The position numbers were made by a program, and so were the translations under genes. A stretch of 64,000 bases of DNA, taken from Eledone cirrhosa. Its lineage: Eukaryota. The notes below the pieces were generated by a model. It was not told the origin of the DNA. It ran no database searches and saw nothing but the letters and a program-made list of their open reading frames with translations. Below are positions 52,780 to 64,000 of this stretch, one piece after another. The stretch's first letter is position 1. Each line of letters opens with the position of its first letter. The stretch covers positions 124,001 through 188,000 of the forward strand of contig CAXHJY010001514.1 of the NCBI GenBank assembly GCA_964016885.1. Direction: 5' to 3'.

Positions 52780-53340
52780 CACCACTCAAACAATACACAC
52801 GTTTCTTTAACGCTGAATGCAGTACTCTGTTGATGAGCTTCCAACTAACATTTCATTATTTTAATAAATATGCAATCATATATATATATATACATATATA
52901 TAAATATACATATATAAATATATACATGTGTATATATATATACATGTATATATATATATATATACATGTATACATATATACATGTATATATATATACATG
53001 TATACATATATATATATATACATGTATACATATATACATGTATAAATATATGCATGTTTAAATGTATACATGTATATATATATACATACAACAACACAAG
53101 TACATATTCACATCTATGAGTTTAAACAGATATATGTATATCTATGAAGATGTATATGTATCTATATATACGTATATATTTAGACAAACACACACATGGG
53201 TATGTGTGTGTGTGTATATATATATATATGTGTGTTTGTGAGTGTATATAAATAGTTATATATGTATATATAGATAGATATATGTATATTTGTATATATA
53301 TATATGTGTGTGTATATATATTTGTATATATATATATATA

Positions 53341-53447
<107 letters not shown>

Positions 53448-53753
53448 CTCAGTTTTAGAGTAGGTACATTGAGAGGCAAGAGAAAGAATTGGAATCAGGA
53501 AGAGTATCCAGTCATAGAACACAATCTTAAGTTCTCCTAACCAATGATGGAATATATATATATATATATATATAGTGTAGGTAGTACAGTGAAAAACTGG
53601 TGTTAGTACCAAATCAACCACTCTATGCACAGGCAGAGTGTATATAATATAAAAAACAAGAAAGTTTAATTTACATATGAAAAATATTTATTGTGTATCG
53701 CGCGTTTCGCAATAAATAGTTTTCATATGTAAACAAAACTTTCTCGTCTTTTC

Positions 53754-53804
<51 letters not shown>

Positions 53805-54103
53805 TGTGTGTGTGTGCATGTGTGTGTGTTACAAATGTTAAGACAGATGTTTCATAATCACGTTTATTGGATATGTATTTCAGTGACAGCAGTATAGGGC
53901 TGTTATGTAATCATTACAGCAGTCTGGACTGGTGTGACATCATCAGATGTTAACCATTATACGAAGGAGTTGATGTGTTGCAGGCAAACGCTTCCATGTT
54001 TGCCAAAGTCCAATATATATATATATATATACACACACTCATATATATACATGCCTGTATATTTGTATATATATTTAAATATATATACCTATATATATAC
54101 ATT

Positions 54104-54149
<46 letters not shown>

Positions 54150-54183
54150 CATTATATATATACATAGATAGATAGAAATACAT

Positions 54184-54226
<43 letters not shown>

Positions 54227-54311
54227 GGGGATACATTATATATATATATATACATTATATTTATATATATATAATATGTATTATATTATATATATATATT
54301 ATATATAAATG

Positions 54312-54356
<45 letters not shown>

Positions 54357-54388
54357 ATTATATATATATATATTATATATATATATTA

Positions 54389-54469
<81 letters not shown>

Positions 54470-54730
54470 AAATACATTATATATATATATATAAAAATAC
54501 ATTATATTTATATATATTATATATATGTACATTATATTTATATATATTATATATATGTATACATTATATTTATATATATTATATATATGTATACATTATA
54601 TTTATATATATTATATATATGTATACATTATATTTATATATATTATATATATGTATACATTATATTTATATATATTATATATATGTATACATTATATTTA
54701 TATATATTATATATATGTATACATTATATT

Positions 54731-54762
<32 letters not shown>

Positions 54763-54904
54763 ATAATATATATTGGTGTTAGGAAGGGCATCCAGCTGTA
54801 GAAAACCCGCCAGACAGTCCTATGCGAGCAAGATAACCACTCTTGCCTCAAGTGGGAAAACCCTCAGTCCAAACCCATGCAAGCGTGGAACACGGACGTT
54901 AAAC

Positions 54905-54935
<31 letters not shown>

Positions 54936-54979
54936 TACAATATATTAACAAATGGAAACTATATTTATAAAACCATATT

Positions 54980-55044
54980 TATTTCATTATACATATTTCA
55001 AGGACACCATAGCAAATTATGGTGTGCTTTCATCAGATAAAATA
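54980..55044 (-). ncRNA. Type I minimal hammerhead motif (mirror copy)
   Basis: Reverse complement of 55200-55264. Confidence 0.75.
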
Positions 55045-55199
55045 TAATATAGATCAGTTTTATAAACAAATATTAACATACCCTTAAAGAATGCAACCAT
55101 TACTGTTGGAAGCTCCCGGACTATCCAGGAGCTTCCAACAGTAATGGTTGCATTCTTTAAGGGTATGTCAATATTTGTTTATAAAACTGATCTATATTA

Positions 55200-55264
55200 T
55201 ATTTTATCTGATGAAAGCACACCATAATTTGCTATGGTGTCCTTGAAATATGTATAATGAAATA
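55200..55264 (+). ncRNA. Type I minimal hammerhead motif
   Basis: TATTTTAT CTGATGA AAGCACACCATAATTTGCTATGGTGTCCTT GAAA TATGTA TA ATGAAATA. Confidence 0.8.
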
Positions 55265-55631
55265 AATATGGTTTTATAAATATAGTTTCCATTTGTTAAT
55301 ATATTGTATTTTTACTCCAAAAATTTGTTGAGTGCTTTATATCAGTTATAAAAATATTTGCTTCTTGTATCCCAACAAATTAAATATAACTTCTACATAT
55401 ATATATATATATATTATATATATATGATATGTAATGTATATATATGTATATATATGATATATATATATAAATGATGATGATGATATCATATATATGTTAT
55501 ATATCATATATCATATATATTATATATATATATATTTTATATTATATATATATATTATATATATATATATTATATATATATTATATATATATATAACCCA
55601 TGGGAGATAGAAGTTAAACGATGATGATGAG

Positions 55632-55662
<31 letters not shown>

Positions 55663-56340
55663 GAGAGAGAGAGAGAGACAGAGAAAAGAGTCAGGACCCT
55701 GACGGTTGAGCTCCGTTTCGACAGCTAGATCTTTGTTATATATATATATTATATATATATATATATATATATTAATATATATATATATATTATATATATG
55801 CAGTATTTCCATAGAAAGAGTAAAGGAAGGGAGAGTGCTCTATGTATACTACAGAGCTATTTAATTATGTAATAAACCATACAATACAATTATTCCATTT
55901 ACCAAAGGTTTCAAGAAGACAGGTGAGCTCAATAGAGAAGTCGGAAATATTTCATCAGAAAGGAAAATTTAATATGGATAACAATATTAAATTTTCTTCT
56001 TTATTACATAATTAGATATATATATATATATAGATATATATATAGATATATATATGGATATATGGATTTATATATCTATATATATATATATATATAGATA
56101 GATATATAGTGAGAGAGAGAGAGAGATTTATATAGATATATAGATATATATAGATATATATAGATATATATATAGATATATAGTATTAAGGATACTATTT
56201 ATGGTTATGTATATACTAAAACCTTTTATAGTTATATATATTTTCAACCCTAAACAGTGAAGGTCAGTAATTTATTACTACCTTATTACCAGTAAGATAA
56301 ATAGCTCAATGTAATAACATCAGTTGTTCTACAGAGCAGT

Positions 56341-56798
56341 TATATAGAATTCACATGAATCAAAGTTCTGTTCAAAGCATTTATTAGCTTACAATTGTTT
56401 CATCCAAACCGAGGCTTGGAGTCTTCGGGGCATTTTTCAATGTTTGTACACATAATTGACCTCCTTTCCAACACAAGAGACATACAGATACATATGTATA
56501 TATTGATGCACAGTGGGGTGACATATATTATATTATTTTTGAATGGCAATTTAAAAATTAAAATCATATTAAAACAGAATCAAAGCAAAATTAAAATTAA
56601 AATACGACATCGGCAGTTAACGTAGATAATGCAAGAGGATAGTTTGTTAGTCAGTTGTAGTAGTTATTGTATGTGTTAGTTACACGTGGGGCATGCACAT
56701 GAATAATCATATATAAACAAGACACACGTGCATGGATGAAACAATTGTAAGCTAATAAATGGTTTGAACATAACTTTGATTCCTGTGAATTCTATATA
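56341..56798. mobile_element. Inverted-repeat element (~66-bp arms) with a degenerate minus-strand hammerhead at 56385-56433
   Basis: Reverse complement reads CCGAAGA CTCCAAGCCTCGGTTTGGAT GAAA CAATTG TA AGC; the right arm begins inside the ribozyme. Confidence 0.6.
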
Positions 56799-57023
56799 GA
56801 TATATGTATAGATATATGTATAGATATATAGATAGATAGATATAGATATATATATAGATATATATATATAGATATATATATAGATATATATAGATAGATA
56901 TATATAAATATATATAGATATATATATAGATATCTGTATATATATATATATAGAGAGAGAGAGAGATTTATATATATATATATTGATTTATATATATAGA
57001 GAGAGATTTATATATATATATAA

Positions 57024-57077
<54 letters not shown>

Positions 57078-57749
57078 TGCAATTTATAAAACCGGTATTT
57101 ATATCTATATATCTATATATAGATATATATATATATTTATATATATAGATATATATATAGAGAGAGAGAGAGATAATAGTTGTATTGAATGTGAAATGCA
57201 GAAACAAATATGAAACCTTAAGTATCTGTTAAATCTTAACATCCTGTACCACATGAAGCAGCATTAGCATGACATTCTTGAAGAAAAATAATAATAATAA
57301 TAAAAAACTCCTCTATGATTGCATTCAAAATGAAAGTCTTTACTGTAATGTTGTAAATTCCACAATGATCTGTCCACTAGTAGAGATACTCTAAGCATTT
57401 AAATTAAGAAATATATTTCTGAAAAGATATTTTAAACCATTACAGGATGTTCATGGGTGGGGGTTGTTAGGGGATAATAGTGATTATGATGGACAGGTTC
57501 AATGTTTAATTTGAGATAAAAGTGGGGGATATGGTTTGGGGCTGGGAATAATATGTGGGAGTTAAGGGGTAACTGCATGAAGGTGGCTGGAGAGATGGTG
57601 ACAAAGATGTACAAGAAAATATAAATTAAGAAATAAATTTTCTGAGGGAGTCCTTTATTGTGTCATTGTTTTTATTTTTCCTCCTACAAACAAGATCATT
57701 TATATGTATCGAAAGAATCGCTGCTTTCACCCTTCACATTTATTATTAC

Positions 57750-57786
<37 letters not shown>

Positions 57787-57852
57787 CTAGTAATAATAAA
57801 TGTGAAGGGTGAAAGCAGCGATTCTTTGCTTGAAATTTAATCTTTTATTTTA

Positions 57853-57887
<35 letters not shown>

Positions 57888-58086
57888 ATTTAAGTATTGA
57901 GAGAGAGCAGAATAGATAAGTGATACATATAGTTAGTTGCCAATAGCTTGTGCAAATATGCTCAATACTTGTGCCTACAGGGTTAAATATTAGAAGCGTT
58001 AATATTTAGCGGGCGAGAAGATAAGCAGAGCGTTACAAGTGAAATGATTACAAAGGAGAATATACTGTTAAAACATGTTTATATAA

Positions 58087-58131
58087 AAGCACCTACGTAC
58101 GTTTCGCCCGAAAAGGGCTTCTCAAGGGCAT
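58087..58131 (-). ncRNA. Hammerhead motif, U3-A8 variant (mirror copy)
   Basis: Reverse complement of 59752-59796 with an identical core. Confidence 0.7.
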
Positions 58132-59015
58132 AAAAAACTAAAAATTGTTCAGTACATGACCCGAGAGGACTTTTAAGGTTATAATTACATCAATTACATG
58201 AGTGATGGCGTAGAAAACCTTCCGCACAATAAAGGTCACAATACTGGTAACGGTAGCTGCTGTAGTCTACTAGAATTATTCCCTAACTATAAGATTAGCG
58301 ATGGCCTATTACCAACGCCCTCCAACCGGTGTTTAGCTACACATAAATGTAACAGATGGAAGGCTCGTGCACCCGAACATAAAGCGAAGGGGACGCATAA
58401 CTGGCTACAGCACAGTAACAACCATAAGAACGGTCACCTAGGAAGCACAACCCGTAACAAACACACAGATACGCGGAAATGCCACCATAATGTTCTATGG
58501 TTCCATCCTCCCTACTCTCGGAGTGTGGCTTCCGACCTACCCAGGATATTCTTCGAAGCCTTAGAGAAGAACTTCCTACCCAACCATAAATACAGGAAAA
58601 TCCTCAATAAGAACAATATTAAAATATCCTTCTCTACTACTCCTAATCTAGCAGACATCATAGGAACAACTAATCACAGTAAGATCACCAAAACACGGCA
58701 CCTTAGCACCGATACGTCTAGACCCAACAGCAGCCCTAATAGCCTTAATGTCTCCCTAGCAGCACCCAATAGTGTTGGCGGCAGCCCCAACAGATGTAAC
58801 CGACATAACCGAGGCAAGACTGGAGAGTAAGCTGGTGAACCATACAGGTCACCCACCAGCAACAGAAGGCGCTGCAGCGTGCGGAGTGATAATGGTACTA
58901 CCCCGCACGCCATAGGATATAATAGTACTAACGACCAAGATAGAGACGTAGATAACAACATAGGTAGCAATAGTAAAAGCTTACTTCAGGAACTAGGAGC
59001 AACCGCGACCAAAAA

Positions 59016-59396
59016 TGCAACTGTCACAACGGGGGAAGCTGCCCTCTCAGGGGAAATTGCCTGATTGATAATGTTATATATAGGTGCACCATAACTAGCC
59101 ATAATAGAGTTAAACATTATATAGGGGCCACCTCTGGCCAGTTCAAAACTAAATTTCGAACACATCTCCACTCTTTTAGAAACAAAAAACTAAGACAGTC
59201 CACGTCACTTGCCAATTACATCACAACATTAAAAAACGCCAATATCAGCTACTCCACGCACTAGGAAATTGTCGGCAGGGCAGCACCATACAATTTCAAG
59301 AGGAAGTGCGAGCTTTTCCTCATGGAACTTTACTATATCATAAGAGCACCCCTCATAAACAGCAGAGCAGAATCGGTGATAAAATGCAGGCACTGA
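59016..59396 (+). pseudogene. GIY-YIG endonuclease domain of the second PLE, premature TAG at 59262
   Basis: Manual translation; VIY..YIG motif with a CxCx5CPx4C linker. Confidence 0.85.
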
Positions 59397-59751
59397 ATAC
59401 AGGTGTTTTACTTCGGATGGAAATCAGCTGAGGCATGAAAACCATAAACTAGGTCCCCCTGCACCAAATCATAACACTCCGGTGGGCAGGCGGCGCAAAT
59501 AAAAATTGTGAACCAACTATGCATCCGCGACCATGCTTAAATCGACAATAGTAAAGCAGCACCCAACAAATAGTAATGGGAAAACACCATCAGGTGAACG
59601 GGTAATAAGCAGTTTGGGGACGATTATTCAAACACGGCCAGAGTTAATCCCCTTGCTCTGTGGTAAAAACAACACGTGTGTTTGAAGGAAGAATGAACTT
59701 TGATGAAATTATAACCTTAAAACCCTTTACGGGTCATTTTTTTAGTTTTCT

Positions 59752-59796
59752 AGGCCCTTGAGAAGCCCTTTTCGGGCGAAACGTACGTAGGTGCTT
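59752..59796 (+). ncRNA. Hammerhead motif, U3-A8 variant
   Basis: AGGCCC TTGAGAA GCCCTTTTCGGGC GAAA CGTACG TA GGTGCTT. Confidence 0.72.
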
Positions 59797-59935
59797 TTAT
59801 ATAAACATGTTTTAACGGTATATTCTCCTTTGTAATCATTTCACGTATATATATATATATATATGTGTGTACATATATATATGTATATATATATATGTAT
59901 ATATATGTATGTATATATATATGTATATATATATG

Positions 59936-59966
<31 letters not shown>

Positions 59967-59978
59967 GTATATATATAT

Positions 59979-60512
59979 AAACGGAAAAAAATGAAACTAA
60001 ATTTCATTTCTCACTCTTAGTACGGCTATTACTTAAATATAAGTATGTATACGTACATACATATATGTATACAGACGTACAGTTGTATGTATATATATAT
60101 ATATACATACATGCATACATATATATATGTACGTATGGATTCACCAAACATTTATTATAATGCTCGGTGTGTTTGTAAACAAACATCCCGAATTAAGCCG
60201 TACAGTGTCTAGCAACCATCGTTGCTCGTTTGTTCAACACTAACAAAGGAACGCTGTACTAGTTTCAAGCTTATTAGCTATCATCAGCAACATTTACCTT
60301 CCTGCCAGATGGTTGAATGTCTGAAAGTATATACTTTCCTTATGCATATTAACGGCTGAGCAGCCTAATTTGCATATCGAGTGAGTTAATTGGCCGGGGT
60401 ACCCAAAACGATAAACGGAAACAATGAAACGAAATTTCATTTCTCACTCTTAGTACGGCTGTTCGGTGAGTAAATGTTCGGAGAATCCATACGTACATAT
60501 ATATATGTGTGC

Positions 60513-60543
<31 letters not shown>

Positions 60544-60657
60544 CTACTGTACATCTGTATACATATATGTATGTACGTGTACATACTTATATTTAAGTAA
60601 CAGCCGTACAAAGAGTGAGAAATGAAATTTTGTTTCATTTTTTCCTTTTATCGTTTT
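59979..60657. mobile_element. Long inverted-repeat element (~175-bp arms) with a central hammerhead and an internal direct copy of its left end (60405-60460)
   Basis: 59979-60155 versus 60470-60657 are reverse-complementary. Confidence 0.75.
60250..60294 (-). ncRNA. Type I minimal hammerhead motif
   Basis: Reverse complement: AATGTTG CTGATGA TAGCTAATAAGCTT GAAA CTAG TA CAGCGTT; palindromic ACTAGT; U-U at 10.1/11.1. Confidence 0.72.
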
Positions 60658-60799
60658 CTCTTTATTTGATAGTTTGTAACTAACCTTACATAGATCAATT
60701 ACTGAGTATAGATACAATGTATTATCATCATCTAGAAACGATCGTAATGCAGTGAAGTATATCTTTAATGACTTTTTTTCTATTTCATTGTTTTAACTC

Positions 60800-62920
<2,121 letters not shown>

Positions 62921-64000
62921 TGAAATTTCAGTTAGAAACAGAAAAGGTCATAGAAATGAAGAGTGCTCTATGTCAGTATCAAAGCAAAATTTAATGTATA
63001 AAATCAATACAATATAATTACCACATTACCAGACGTTTCCCGAACGAGGCGAATACGAAATAAACGACTTCATTCGTTCGTCAGACGAGGCAATATAAAA
63101 CATCGGTAAATACTTAGAAAAACACATCAAGAAAATCAAAAAAATATATAGATAAATGAAATAGAAATTGAAATATATAAAAATCTATCAAGAAAAATAG
63201 TTAGGTGTGTGTATGTGTATGTATATACGCTCACAGATGTGCATATATGTATATGTGCACATGTAAATGTATAGTTAGAAAGTGTGCGTAATTATAAAAA
63301 TTTAGGGCAAGTGTATCTATATGTCTGTATTATACAGACAGAAATGGTTACATCGTAAATATAAGAATATAAAGTCGCGCGCATAAAAACGCCTGGACAC
63401 TCGTACACTTAGATGCGGAAAGAAAGGAGGTAAAGAGTGTATAATAATTAAAAGAAAAGTATCGGTCTTACTATATTTATAAAAATATAGTAACGATAAA
63501 TTAGAAAGAAAAGATAGAAAGAAAAAATTAAAGAAAACAAAAAGGGGGGGGGGGGGTACATACATACACAGACACGCGTGTCTCACAAAAGAAATGTAAA
63601 AATAATTATGCTTATATACACACGCGCAATTACACTTCCATACGTTCGATACGTACATACACACACACACACACACATACTTATACTAGCGCATATAAAC
63701 CTATTTGCATGCCCACGTAAGAAACTGAGTAAGTAACAAAAGAGGGAAGGGGGGGGAGAAGAAAAAAGGAACAAAAACATAAAAACGAAAAGTCAAAAAC
63801 ACGGATATAAAGACAACTACACATACGCATAATATATACATACACACACACACAAACACCTATACACACACACATACATACGCGCACATATATATATATA
63901 TATATATATACACATACATACACGCACGCGCGCGCACATACGTAGTCACTCATGTACATATATAAAAAGTATACACGCATTAAGGGCGTTCAGCCATATT

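Larger units (their letters stand above)
54936..55396. mobile_element. Fold-back PLE-terminus element (arms ~185 bp centred on 55122), same family as 30175-30468
   Basis: 54936-55120 is nearly the perfect reverse complement of 55124-55308. The right arm continues to (TA)n; the left arm abuts the SINE at 54773-54935. Confidence 0.88.
57884..59844 (+). mobile_element. Second, divergent Penelope-like element (Naiad-like), RT core missing, inverted termini, in (TA)n
   Basis: NVLWFHPPYS..KILNKNNIKISFSTTPNL is homologous to the 31725 ORF thumb. 59016-59396 reads CNCHNGGSCPLRGNCLIDNVIYRC..HYIGAT..*..KCEL..KCRH*. Inverted repeats at 58039-58193 and 59700-59844. Confidence 0.88.

Noticed and set aside
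52863-52868. AATAAA as the trh polyadenylation signal
   Set aside because: Such hexamers are too frequent in this AT-rich DNA to assign without transcript data
59394-59396. TGA after KCRH as possible selenocysteine
   Set aside because: It lies at the end of the endonuclease in a copy that already has other stops, is not at a conserved Cys, and I recognised no SECIS
63025-63092. Minus-strand CTGACGA...GAAACGTC
   Set aside because: Stem I does not pair and the stem II register is poor

Overview
AT-rich, repeat-dense animal genomic DNA. The SINE/RTE repeat types and (TA)n load look like an octopod cephalopod, but that is an inference. The backbone is a + strand spliced gene for a Trachealess/NPAS1-3 bHLH-PAS transcription factor. 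I could read nine exons (9712-52779) with canonical AG/GT sites and consistent phases, giving 2403 nt (800 aa plus stop) from PAS-A to the C-terminus. The bHLH exons were not found and are probably upstream of the window. Introns and flanks hold RTE and CR1 LINEs, SINEs, a mariner-type MITE, large satellites and two Penelope-like elements (RT and/or GIY-YIG, Naiad-like). The main hidden signal is about 12 type I minimal hammerhead ribozyme motifs from several unrelated families, plus half-motifs. They sit in PLE termini and in small fold-back or inverted-repeat elements, mostly embedded in (TA)n. Four are sense-oriented inside the trh pre-mRNA, and one family has a compensatory U3-A8 core. An RTE reverse transcriptase also carries an in-frame C4HC3 PHD-like finger. 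All of this was read by eye; no searches or folding calculations were run.
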